From an uncultured Gammaproteobacteria bacterium (GTDB lineage Bacteria > Pseudomonadota > Gammaproteobacteria > Cardiobacteriales > CAKMZF01): DNA of 46,870 nucleotides. This document shows, piece by piece, positions 38,744-46,870 of the stretch. A program made the position numbers and the translations under genes. The stretch spans positions 1 through 46,870 of the forward strand of contig CAKMZF010000001.1 of the NCBI GenBank assembly GCA_929200405.1, written 5' to 3'. Below the pieces are notes generated by a model. It searched no databases and was not told the DNA's origin. It worked only from the letters and a program-made list of their open reading frames with translations. Position 1 is the stretch's first letter. Every line of letters begins with the position of its first letter.

Positions 38744-39367
38744 ATGGCGGTAAAGGGAGAGAGTATGCTATTGAAACATGTATTTGGGATTATTCTCAAT
38801 CCAGCAAAAGAGTGGCAGGTGATACGAGATGCGAGGCCGAATATAAAAAGCATCTATTTAAGCTTTGTGGTTTTGTTGGGAGCGATAGCACCGATCTGTG
38901 GTTATATCGGCACCACTATGGTGGGCTGGAGTGTTGGCGATAGTGCAGTGACTAAGCTGACACCATCTAGTGCTGGAGTGATTTCTATTTTATTTTACCT
39001 AGCGATTCTTATCGCGGTCGTAATGATCGGTTGGATGATCCGTTGGATGGGCGAAACCTATGGCTTTCCAAATGATTTAGATCGTTGCGTCGCGTTATCT
39101 GCTTTCACAGTAACACCGTTGTTTTTGATAGGTGTTTTTTTACTGTTTTCAAGAATATGGGTTATTTATCTTATCGGGCTGCCTGCCACTATATATACCG
39201 TCTATCTGCTCTACCTTGGGGTGCCTATTATGCTTGACCTGCCAAAAGAGAAAGGCTTTTTACTGTCTAGCTCTATTTTAGCAGTCGGTCTGGTGGCACT
39301 TGTTGGTATGTTGGGCTTCACTGTGATTTTGTGGGGTATGAATATAGCACCAAACTTTACCAGTTAG
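38744..39367 (+). CDS. Yip1/DUF1282 (YohC-like) membrane protein; start may be ATG 38765
   Basis: HVFGI..NP.KEW..I, IGTT.VGW, YLLYLGVP.M..P.EKG.L.SS; five TMs. Confidence 0.8.
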   Translation: MAVKGESMLLKHVFGIILNPAKEWQVIRDARPNIKSIYLSFVVLLGAIAPICGYIGTTMVGWSVGDSAVTKLTPSSAGVISILFYLAILIAVVMIGWMIRWMGETYGFPNDLDRCVALSAFTVTPLFLIGVFLLFSRIWVIYLIGLPATIYTVYLLYLGVPIMLDLPKEKGFLLSSSILAVGLVALVGMLGFTVILWGMNIAPNFTS

Positions 39368-39415
39368 GCAGGTGAGTGCTGATGTTGATACAGTTTTATT
39401 TTTAGAGGGTCAACT

Positions 39416-40846
39416 ATGACTACGGAAAATCTCCAAAATACTTACAACTACGATGTGGTTCGTAAATTCGCCATTATGACCATTGTCTGGGGGATAGTTG
39501 GCATGTTAGTTGGCGTTATTATCGCCGCACAATTAGCATGGCCGATGCTTAACTTTGATACCCCTTGGTTCACTTTTGGCCGGTTGAGACCACTACACAC
39601 TAATGCGGTGGTTTTTGCCTTTGGCGGCAGTGCTTTGATGGCGACATCTTTATTTGTAGTTCAGCGAACCTGTCATGTCAGAATTTTTAGTGACAAATTG
39701 GCCAATTTTGTTTTCTGGGGTTGGCAGACCGTTATCGTTCTGGCAGCAATTACTTTGCCACTAGGGATTACTTCTACAAAAGAATATGCCGAGTTAGAGT
39801 GGCCGATTGATATCTTAATTACCGTTGTCTGGGTTTCCTATGCCATCGTGTTTTTTGGCACGATTGTAAAGCGAAAGATTAAGCATATTTACGTAGCGAA
39901 CTGGTTCTTTGGTGCTTTTATCATCGCGGTAGCGATATTGCATATCTTTAATAATTTGGAATACCCCATCAGTTTTACCAAGTCGTACTCTATCTATGCT
40001 GGGGTGCAAGATGCGATGATTCAGTGGTGGTATGGACACAATGCAGTGGGCTTTTTCTTAACCGCTGGTTTCTTGGGGATTATGTATTACTTCATTCCTA
40101 AGCAAGCAGAGAAGCCAGTGTATTCTTATCGATTATCGGTGGTGCATTTCTGGGCATTGTCATTTACTTATATCTGGGCAGGGCCTCACCACTTGCACTA
40201 TACCGCATTGCCAGATTGGGCGCAGTCAGTTGGTATGGTGTTTTCGCTAATTTTATTGGCACCCTCTTGGGGCGGCATGATTAATGGCATGATGACCTTA
40301 TCGGGGGCATGGCATAAGTTGAGAACAGACCCGATTTTAAAATTCCTAGTGGTCTCGGTGTCGTTTTATGGTATGTCGACATTTGAAGGGCCGATGATGG
40401 CTATTAAGACAGTGAATGCCCTATCGCATTATACCGATTGGACTATTGGTCATGTGCATTCCGGCGCTCTAGGTTGGGTTGGCATGATAAGCATTGGTGC
40501 CATGTACTATATGATTCCCAGACTTTTCGGCCGAGAAATCTTTAGCGTGCGCTTGATTGAGTGGCACTTCTGGATGGCAACATTGGGAATAGTGCTGTAT
40601 ATCACGGCGATGTGGGTTTCAGGGATTACCCAAGGTTTAATGTGGCGTGCCGTGCATGAAGATGGCACCTTAGTTTACAGCTTTGTAGAAACAGTACAGG
40701 CGATGCATCCGTATTACATCATACGTTTCTTGGGTGGGTTGGTTTATCTCGCAGGCATGATCGTGATGGCTTATAACTTAATTCGCACTGTGGCAGGAGC
40801 TAAGCCTATTGTCTCCGCTATTCCTCAACCCGCATCAAGTACTTAA
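39416..40846 (+). CDS. ccoN: cbb3-type cytochrome c oxidase subunit I
   Basis: [44 protein letters not shown]. Confidence 0.98.
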   Translation: MTTENLQNTYNYDVVRKFAIMTIVWGIVGMLVGVIIAAQLAWPMLNFDTPWFTFGRLRPLHTNAVVFAFGGSALMATSLFVVQRTCHVRIFSDKLANFVFWGWQTVIVLAAITLPLGITSTKEYAELEWPIDILITVVWVSYAIVFFGTIVKRKIKHIYVANWFFGAFIIAVAILHIFNNLEYPISFTKSYSIYAGVQDAMIQWWYGHNAVGFFLTAGFLGIMYYFIPKQAEKPVYSYRLSVVHFWALSFTYIWAGPHHLHYTALPDWAQSVGMVFSLILLAPSWGGMINGMMTLSGAWHKLRTDPILKFLVVSVSFYGMSTFEGPMMAIKTVNALSHYTDWTIGHVHSGALGWVGMISIGAMYYMIPRLFGREIFSVRLIEWHFWMATLGIVLYITAMWVSGITQGLMWRAVHEDGTLVYSFVETVQAMHPYYIIRFLGGLVYLAGMIVMAYNLIRTVAGAKPIVSAIPQPASST

Positions 40847-40859
40847 CTGGGGGTGTTGC

Positions 40860-41471
40860 ATGTCATTACAGCATAAAATTGAACAAAATATAGGGTTAAT
40901 GGTCGTTTGCATCGTACTCTTGTTAAGTGTTGGTGGTTTGGTAGAAATATTACCATTGAGTCAAATGTCTTCTATGACTAAGCCTGTGGCTGGGTTAAAG
41001 CCTTATTCAGCATTAGAGCTTACGGGCAGAGATATCTATATACGCGAGGGCTGCGTCTCTTGCCATACCCAAATGATAAGGCCGTTTAGGGCAGAAACTG
41101 AGCGCTACGGACATTACTCGGTGGCTGGTGAGTTTGTCTATGACAGACCACACCTATGGGGTTCTAAGCGAACAGGTCCAGATTTGGCGCGTGTAGGAGG
41201 GCGGTATAGTGATGATTGGCATCGTGTACATTTGATAAATCCCAGAGATGTCGTACCAGAGTCGATTATGCCTGGCTACCCTTGGTTGGATAATCAACGT
41301 GTTGAAAGCGTGACTATACGGCGGAAGATGTGGGCATTGCGTCATATGGGGCATCCTTACACAGATGAGGAGATAGAAAATGCGCCGAACGAGCTGAGAA
41401 ACAAAACCGAAATGGAAGCTCTTATTGCCTATTTGCAGGGCATGGGAACTTTGCTCAAGCATAAGAGGTGA
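40860..41471 (+). CDS. ccoO: cbb3-type cytochrome c oxidase subunit II (start corrected to ATG 40860)
   Basis: [38 protein letters not shown]. Confidence 0.97.
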   Translation: MSLQHKIEQNIGLMVVCIVLLLSVGGLVEILPLSQMSSMTKPVAGLKPYSALELTGRDIYIREGCVSCHTQMIRPFRAETERYGHYSVAGEFVYDRPHLWGSKRTGPDLARVGGRYSDDWHRVHLINPRDVVPESIMPGYPWLDNQRVESVTIRRKMWALRHMGHPYTDEEIENAPNELRNKTEMEALIAYLQGMGTLLKHKR

Positions 41472-41474
41472 TTT

Positions 41475-41663
41475 ATGGCTAAGTGGCATTTAATTTGGAC
41501 CTTATTATTGTTTTCTAGTTTCATCGGTATCGTGATCTGGGCTTTTAGTGCTGCGCGAAAGCAGGATTTCTCTGAAGCGGCTCAGTTACCCCTAGAGGAT
41601 GAAATAGAGGTAGCGACTGATCTGCAACCCAGAGGCGTTAAGCAGGAGAACACGAATGGATAA
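41475..41663 (+). CDS. ccoQ: cbb3-type cytochrome c oxidase subunit IV
   Basis: FIGIVIWAFS..RK.DF.EAA.LPL; between ccoO and ccoP. Confidence 0.92.
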   Translation: MAKWHLIWTLLLFSSFIGIVIWAFSAARKQDFSEAAQLPLEDEIEVATDLQPRGVKQENTNG

Positions 41664-42591
41664 TTTAGTGCAGATGAATGACTTTTCCAACGGCTGGAGT
41701 TGGTTTATTGCTATCGTGGTGATCTTGGGCATTATTTATTGTGCAGCTTTGGTTTGGTTCAATAATAGCGGCTCTAAGGAAGCCAAAAACGAGGTAATGG
41801 ATACAGTCTGGGATGAAGACTTAGCTGAGTACAATAATCCGTTGCCCAGATGGTGGTTGAAGATGTATTACTTCTTTATCGTTTTTGGTCTAATTTATTT
41901 GATTTTGTATCCCGGTTTAGGGGCTTACCAAGGTCTGTTGGGCTGGACGCAGCGAGGTGCTTATGAGCAAGAGCTTGCGCAGGCTAAAGAAAAGGTAGCG
42001 CCATTATATGAAGAGTATGGCAAGTTGTCAGTCGAGGAATTAATGGACAATCCATATGCCCGTAAAACCGCATCTCGAATATTCTCAACAAACTGTGCCA
42101 TCTGCCATGGCTCAGCTGGAAAAGGCGCTAAAGGCTTTCCTGATCTCAGAGATCAAGATTGGCTCTATGGTTCTAGTTATGAACACATTGAAGAGACGAT
42201 CACTAAAGGCCGTAACGGCATGATGCCAGCTTGGATAGATATAATAGGGAGTGATGGTTCGAAAGATGTTACGGCGTATGTAATTTCACTCAGTCGGGAG
42301 TCAAATCATCCAGATTTGCTTAGCAAAGGCAAGCAAATCTATGAGGCAAGTTGCATTGCCTGCCACGGCGCTGATGCTAAGGGTGGTCAAGCAATGGGTG
42401 CGCCTAATTTAACAGATAATATTTGGTTATATGGTGGCAGTGAAGAAGATGTTTTGGAGACTATCCTTTATGGTCGCCATGGTCATATGCCAGCTCAGAA
42501 AGATGTTATGGACAAAGAGCAAATTCGTCTATTGGCTGCCTATGTTTATCGTTTTGTAAAAGAGGCTGAGGCGGCAGCAAGTTCAGAATAG
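41656..42591 (+). CDS. ccoP: cbb3-type cytochrome c oxidase subunit III
   Basis: EYNNPLPRWW; two haem motifs CAICH and CIACH; GAPNL. Confidence 0.97.
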   Translation: MDNLVQMNDFSNGWSWFIAIVVILGIIYCAALVWFNNSGSKEAKNEVMDTVWDEDLAEYNNPLPRWWLKMYYFFIVFGLIYLILYPGLGAYQGLLGWTQRGAYEQELAQAKEKVAPLYEEYGKLSVEELMDNPYARKTASRIFSTNCAICHGSAGKGAKGFPDLRDQDWLYGSSYEHIEETITKGRNGMMPAWIDIIGSDGSKDVTAYVISLSRESNHPDLLSKGKQIYEASCIACHGADAKGGQAMGAPNLTDNIWLYGGSEEDVLETILYGRHGHMPAQKDVMDKEQIRLLAAYVYRFVKEAEAAASSE

Positions 42592-42740
42592 TCCTAGAAC
42601 AGTGTGCTATTGTGATTGGCTGTCTATTGAGACTTAGTGCTGCCTTAGTGCCGTGCTAAGTTGGCAGTCTGCACGAACTTGCTTATTTGCAGAAGTTTGA
42701 AGTGGTTATCTCTCATTGAGAAGTATTCTGAGAAATTTAT

Positions 42741-44183
42741 ATGACAAACAAACAGGTTGCTATAGACCCTGGCAAACAGAGTTCCACAAACAGTCCAGCA
42801 GATGCCTTGAGTATTGATACTGTAGAGGGGGTTGAACTTTACGCAAAACATCAAAAAATCTACCCTCGTAAAGTCAGCGGTCTGTTTGCTAAACTGCGGG
42901 TATCGGCAGTATTGGTTTTGCTAAGTCTGTATTATTTTTTACCTTGGTTTCATTGGGGGCAACGTCAAATAGTATTATTTGATTTGCCTGAAAGGCAGTT
43001 TCATATCTTTGGCATGACATTTTGGCCACAAGATTTTTTTTACCTAACAGCGGTGTTGATTATCGCAGCTCTTTCCCTGTTTTTCTTTACCGCAATCGCC
43101 GGACGATTATGGTGTGGTTATGCTTGCCCACAAACGGTTTGGACCGAAGTGTTTCTGTGGGTTGAGCGTAAAATAGAAGGGGATCGTGGACGGCAGATGA
43201 AGCTTGATAAAGGCGGTATGTCTGTTGATAAGTTGAAAAAGAAAGCCCTCAAACATACCCTATGGATTTTATTCTCATTTTGGACTGGTGTTACCTTTGT
43301 GGGTTATTTCACACCTATCCGAGAGCTGACGTTCAGTTTGCTGTCTTTTTCCTTGGGGCCGTGGGAGCTATTTTGGATAGCATTCTTCTGCTTAGCAACC
43401 TATGCCAATGCTGGATGGATGCGAGAGCAGGTATGCATCTATATGTGTCCTTATGCCAGATTTCAAGGTGCTATGTTTGATAAAGATACCCTAGTGATTT
43501 CCTATGACACAGCACGAGGAGACCCTAAAGGCTCAAGGCAGAAATCAGAAGACCCCAAAGAAAAAGGTTTAGGAGATTGTATAAACTGCCAACTGTGTGT
43601 GCAAGTTTGTCCCACAGGTATCGACATTCGCGATGGCTTGCAATATGAGTGTATTGGCTGTGCTGCCTGTATAGATGTTTGCAATGGGGTGATGGATAAA
43701 ATGGATTACAACAGAGATTTAATTCGATATACCACTGAACACCAGCTTGAAGGTCATGTCACCAATTTTTTACGGCCCAAATTATTTATTTATATGCTAG
43801 TGCTGATCGCTATTATCACGGCTATGGGGCTGAGTATGGCGAATCGAAGTGCTGTAGAGTTGGATGTGATTCGCGATAGAAATGGACTATATCGGGAGAC
43901 GAGTAATGGTCTTATCGAAAACACTTATACATTAAAAGTGATGAACAAAGATACTCAAGTGCATAGCTTTGATGTGACTGCTAGTGGTTTGCCAAATATG
44001 AAGTTGTTGACCAGTAGCCAAGCCCTGCCTGCAGAACCTGGTGAGGTTTTAGATTTAGTTGTGAGTTTGCAGATAAAGCCAGTGGATCTAGAGCGTGCTT
44101 CTAATAAGATTGAGCTTACGGTGACCTCGCAGCAAGATTCAGATATTGCCATCAGTGAAGAGGCGAGGTTTTTAGGGCCATAG
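42741..44183 (+). CDS. ccoG: cbb3 accessory Fe-S cupric reductase
   Basis: WCGYACPQTVWT, CIYMCPYARFQ, CINCQLCVQVCPTGIDIR, CIGCAACIDVC. Confidence 0.96.
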   Translation: MTNKQVAIDPGKQSSTNSPADALSIDTVEGVELYAKHQKIYPRKVSGLFAKLRVSAVLVLLSLYYFLPWFHWGQRQIVLFDLPERQFHIFGMTFWPQDFFYLTAVLIIAALSLFFFTAIAGRLWCGYACPQTVWTEVFLWVERKIEGDRGRQMKLDKGGMSVDKLKKKALKHTLWILFSFWTGVTFVGYFTPIRELTFSLLSFSLGPWELFWIAFFCLATYANAGWMREQVCIYMCPYARFQGAMFDKDTLVISYDTARGDPKGSRQKSEDPKEKGLGDCINCQLCVQVCPTGIDIRDGLQYECIGCAACIDVCNGVMDKMDYNRDLIRYTTEHQLEGHVTNFLRPKLFIYMLVLIAIITAMGLSMANRSAVELDVIRDRNGLYRETSNGLIENTYTLKVMNKDTQVHSFDVTASGLPNMKLLTSSQALPAEPGEVLDLVVSLQIKPVDLERASNKIELTVTSQQDSDIAISEEARFLGP

Positions 44184-44261
44184 TGTCCGTGCAATGGTGC
44201 TGAGTCTCATAAGGTTTCAATAATAGAAAGATTAGATTGTTACGGTGTTTTGTAGAGAAAT

Positions 44262-44810
44262 ATGAATAAAACAGATTTTCGTGAGAATCCAGCATTGTGG
44301 ATGATGATAGGGGTGCCTCTATTTTCAATAGTTACCAGCGCTTGCCTTATTTATATGGCGATCAGTAGCTATGATGGCTTAGTCGTAGATGACTACTATA
44401 AAAAAGGCAAAGAAATAAACGTGACTTTGGATCGGGATAAGAAAGCTGCTGAGATGGGATTGAACGCAACGCTTTCGCTTGACGTGGAGAATGAGGTTTT
44501 TACGGCTATTTTAACCGCAGAAACAGATGTTTTATCGGATGATATTATCGAAACCTATCCACAGCAACTGAGCGCTAAATTTCTTCATAGAACGCTCTCT
44601 GGAAGAGATGTTGAGGTTGACTTGCAAAGAACGGTTGAGACAACAGGTATTGTCTATCAGGGTCAATATCCTATGCTAAGCCAGAGTCGCTGGTTGGTGG
44701 AGTTAGGCGTAGCAGAATGGCGCCTAACCGGTGAAATTCTCTGGCCTGAACAATCAAAGTTTGAGTTGATATATGATCCGACATTTACTCCAACGTCAGT
44801 TATAAAATAG
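44262..44810 (+). CDS. ccoH: FixH/CcoH assembly protein
   Basis: N-terminal TM then DGLVVDDYYKKGK.IN; directly after ccoG. Confidence 0.88.
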   Translation: MNKTDFRENPALWMMIGVPLFSIVTSACLIYMAISSYDGLVVDDYYKKGKEINVTLDRDKKAAEMGLNATLSLDVENEVFTAILTAETDVLSDDIIETYPQQLSAKFLHRTLSGRDVEVDLQRTVETTGIVYQGQYPMLSQSRWLVELGVAEWRLTGEILWPEQSKFELIYDPTFTPTSVIK

Positions 44811-44816
44811 GCATCT

Positions 44817-45626
44817 ATGTTGGCAAGCTATGCTATTGGTTTTTTACTTGGCTTCTGGGGTTCTCTGCACTGTGTTGGTATGTGCGGTGGAGTAGTGGGG
44901 ATATTGCAAAACGCCTTACCTAAAAATTCTAAGCAATCAGATCGACAGCAGTTACTTTTTTGGCTGGCATATAATGGAGGTAGGATATTCAGCTATAGCA
45001 TCGCTGGCGGCTTGGCCGCATGGCTTGGTGCTTCGGCATTGCAATGGGTGAGCGCAGAGCAAGCACATCGCATAGGGCAGCTAATCTCAGGGCTGTTTTT
45101 AATAGCGTTTGGCGCTTACCTAGCAAACTGGTGGGTAGGGCTGCAAAAGTTAGAGCGCGTTGGTGCTAAGTTTTGGCGCTATATCAGTCCGCTGACTCAA
45201 AGAGTAATTCCTGTTGTTCGAGTATATCAGGCTGCTTTATTGGGTATTCTTTGGGGCTGGTTACCTTGTGGTTTGGTATATTCTGCGCTCGCCTTGTCGT
45301 TTACCCAGTCGACAGTCACTCAGGGTGTGCTACTGATGTTATTCTTTGGTTTTGGCACTTTGCCAATGCTGATGATAATGGCGGGCATGTCAGTTAAAGT
45401 TGCGGCATTCGCTAAACATAAAGTTACCAGAAATATTCTAGGAATGGTGATTATAGCAATAGGCGTACTGACTTTCTTGGGGCTTATGCCTGGTCATGGT
45501 AATCATCATGACCATCATGGTCATAAGCAAAATGTTAATCAACAGTCTAAGAATACTGCATTAGTCATTGAGGTTCAGCAATTCAACCCAAATGCAAATC
45601 ACCAGAATCATTCGAGTCATCATTAG
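44817..45626 (+). CDS. DsbD_2 / TauE-SafE-like membrane protein associated with cbb3 loci, with His-rich tail
   Basis: GSLHCVGMCGG, YNGGR..SY, GWLPCGLVY, FGFGTLP; tail HGNHHDHHGH...HQNHSSHH. Confidence 0.85.
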   Translation: MLASYAIGFLLGFWGSLHCVGMCGGVVGILQNALPKNSKQSDRQQLLFWLAYNGGRIFSYSIAGGLAAWLGASALQWVSAEQAHRIGQLISGLFLIAFGAYLANWWVGLQKLERVGAKFWRYISPLTQRVIPVVRVYQAALLGILWGWLPCGLVYSALALSFTQSTVTQGVLLMLFFGFGTLPMLMIMAGMSVKVAAFAKHKVTRNILGMVIIAIGVLTFLGLMPGHGNHHDHHGHKQNVNQQSKNTALVIEVQQFNPNANHQNHSSHH

Positions 45627-45776
45627 TTTGTTGTCTATATAATTCAATGCATGGTTTTTCTGTGCTAATCTCGGAGTTATCATTGCAATACACTGCTCGT
45701 ATAGTACATAGAACCTTGCAAATCAGAGCAACATCTCATTAACACTATTACTCATAATCTATATAGGAGAATCAAT

Positions 45777-46127
45777 ATGATCCTTTATCAGTATCCAAAA
45801 TGCAGCACTTGTAGAAAAGCTGTGAACTATTTAAAAGCGCAGGGCGTTGAGTTTGACGCTATTGATATCACTGAGCAGCCACCCACAAAAGAAGAGCTTT
45901 TGATGATGTTGGAGAATTATCAAGGAGAGATTCGTAAACTGTTTAACACCTCTGGGGTACAGTATCGGGAGTTAAATCTTAAAGCGAAACTACCAGACCT
46001 GACGACCGGTCAAGCTATTGATCTATTGTCAGGGAATGGGAAATTAATCAAACGCCCGTTTATATTAACTAGTGATAATCGTGGTTTTGTAGGATTTAAA
46101 GAGATGGAATGGAGCACTTTGCTCTAA
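45777..46127 (+). CDS. ArsC/Spx/MgsR-family thioredoxin-fold protein
   Basis: YQYPKCSTCRKA, LFNTSG..YREL, LIKRP, VGFKE; AGGAG RBS. Confidence 0.9.
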   Translation: MILYQYPKCSTCRKAVNYLKAQGVEFDAIDITEQPPTKEELLMMLENYQGEIRKLFNTSGVQYRELNLKAKLPDLTTGQAIDLLSGNGKLIKRPFILTSDNRGFVGFKEMEWSTLL

Positions 46128-46200
46128 GTGATTTTTTAAAGCAGTTTTTGCTTGAATGGCAATATCAATACGAACAGTAGGAGTCTTAGAGATGATAAGT

Positions 46201-46704
46201 ATGAGTAAAAAAATTTTGACTGGTGCGGCTGTCTTGCTAGTAATAGCGCAGACCAATATCTGTTTTGCGAATGAGTCGGATGCCACAGTGCATCCAGAGC
46301 TAAGGGCTTATCAAGCGCCTGAAGTAGGTATGGAGCGATTTGTAATTGCATTGCCAGAAAAGAGCAGGGCAGAGGAAGGCAATTACAAAGTGGAGATTAT
46401 ACCCGGTAAGTTGATGGAAACAGATGGGGTTAATTATAACTTTGTAAATTACCAGCTAGAGACTAGGGTGGTTCAAGGCTGGGGCTACACTTATTATCAA
46501 ATTTCGGGTGCAGGCGAGCAAGGCAGTACATTAATTGGAGTAGACCCTAATGCCCCTAAAAAAACAGAGTTTGTTGCAGGGCAGAGTCTTTTGGTGAATT
46601 ACAACAGTCGTTTGCCGTTGGTTGTTTATGGACCAACAGGCTCGGTTGTACGATATAAGATTTGGCAGACATCAGTGACTGCTCAGCAAATACCTAGAGG
46701 GTAG
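46201..46704 (+). CDS. eco: Ecotin-family serine protease inhibitor (start taken as ATG 46201)
   Basis: Signal peptide; AY.AP..GM.R.VI.LP, KVEI.PGK...D, QGWGYTYY, YNSRLPLVVY.P....VRYKIW. Confidence 0.9.
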   Translation: MSKKILTGAAVLLVIAQTNICFANESDATVHPELRAYQAPEVGMERFVIALPEKSRAEEGNYKVEIIPGKLMETDGVNYNFVNYQLETRVVQGWGYTYYQISGAGEQGSTLIGVDPNAPKKTEFVAGQSLLVNYNSRLPLVVYGPTGSVVRYKIWQTSVTAQQIPRG

Positions 46705-46792
46705 CGTATGGCATTAGTCTTCTCACAGTGTTGGGTTATGGGAAATTTTTAATGATATAAATAATGCTATAAAAATTGTTGATACCGATGAA

Positions 46793-46822
46793 AATAAAAG
46801 CCGACTTGTTTCGGCTTTTATT
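46793..46822. terminator. Bidirectional intrinsic terminator
   Basis: AATAAAAGCCGA-CTTGTT-TCGGCTTTTATT, perfect 12-bp stem with A/T tracts on both sides. Confidence 0.8.
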
Positions 46823-46870
46823 CACAAAAAATCTACCGTGCGGCTAGAATCAAAGTTATAAATTTGATAG
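46822..46870 (-). CDS. Possible 3' end of a convergent gene entering from beyond the window (...YQIYNFDSSRTVDFL*)
   Basis: Open frame to the window edge, ending in TGA immediately before the terminator. Confidence 0.3.
   Translation of the reverse strand, partial: YQIYNFDSSRTVDFL

Noticed and set aside
5-44209. Recurring short TGAGAC/GTCTCA-type palindromes near gene ends (5-13, 10514, 17307, 28754, 42628, 44201)
   Set aside because: Only 7-13 bp with inconsistent spacing and flanks; cannot be distinguished from chance or called a REP/MITE family by eye
1139-46351. Many short ORFs nested in or antisense to long genes (e.g. 7751-8215, 11880-12317, 16840-17301, 36111-36458, 41154-41489)
   Set aside because: Shadow ORFs over well-supported genes, with no recognisable motifs
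1-46870. CRISPR arrays, IS elements, integrases, rRNA, riboswitches
   Set aside because: No regularly spaced repeats, transposase/integrase ORFs or recognisable RNA motifs seen; a covariance-model scan (Rfam) would be needed to exclude small RNAs

Overview
A 46.9-kb bacterial chromosome segment, most consistent with an AT-rich marine Gammaproteobacterium (inference from gene content). In order: (1) a decayed coding remnant (1-594); (2) a four-gene envelope operon encoding a single-pass protein with two Cys-bracketed OmpA-like peptidoglycan-binding domains, a hypothetical protein, a DUF4407 coiled-coil membrane protein, and a 750-aa fusion of a second DUF4407-like module, two zinc ribbons and an intact rhomboid protease; (3) a livGFHM ABC transporter with no binding-protein gene; (4) tRNA-Arg(CCG) and a GDSL esterase autotransporter; (5) a ~16.6-kb LacI-associated catabolic cluster for an unidentified substrate (CUT1 ABC transporter, four SnoaL/NTF2-like proteins, HpsN-like HisD paralogue, SDR, cupin, MetE-like Zn enzyme, alpha/beta hydrolase, amidohydrolase, RraA-family protein) with a palindromic operator; (6) DUF1499, an orphan OppA-like protein, a diguanylate cyclase and a lactonase; (7) a rearranged cbb3 oxidase locus (ccoIS divergent from Yip1-ccoNOQP-ccoGH-DsbD_2); (8) an ArsC/Spx-family protein and a disulfide-less ecotin. 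No integrase, transposase, CRISPR array or rRNA was seen. The best candidates for undescribed systems are the OmpA/DUF4407/rhomboid operon and the four-SnoaL catabolic cluster. All family calls come from motif recognition by eye, not database searches.
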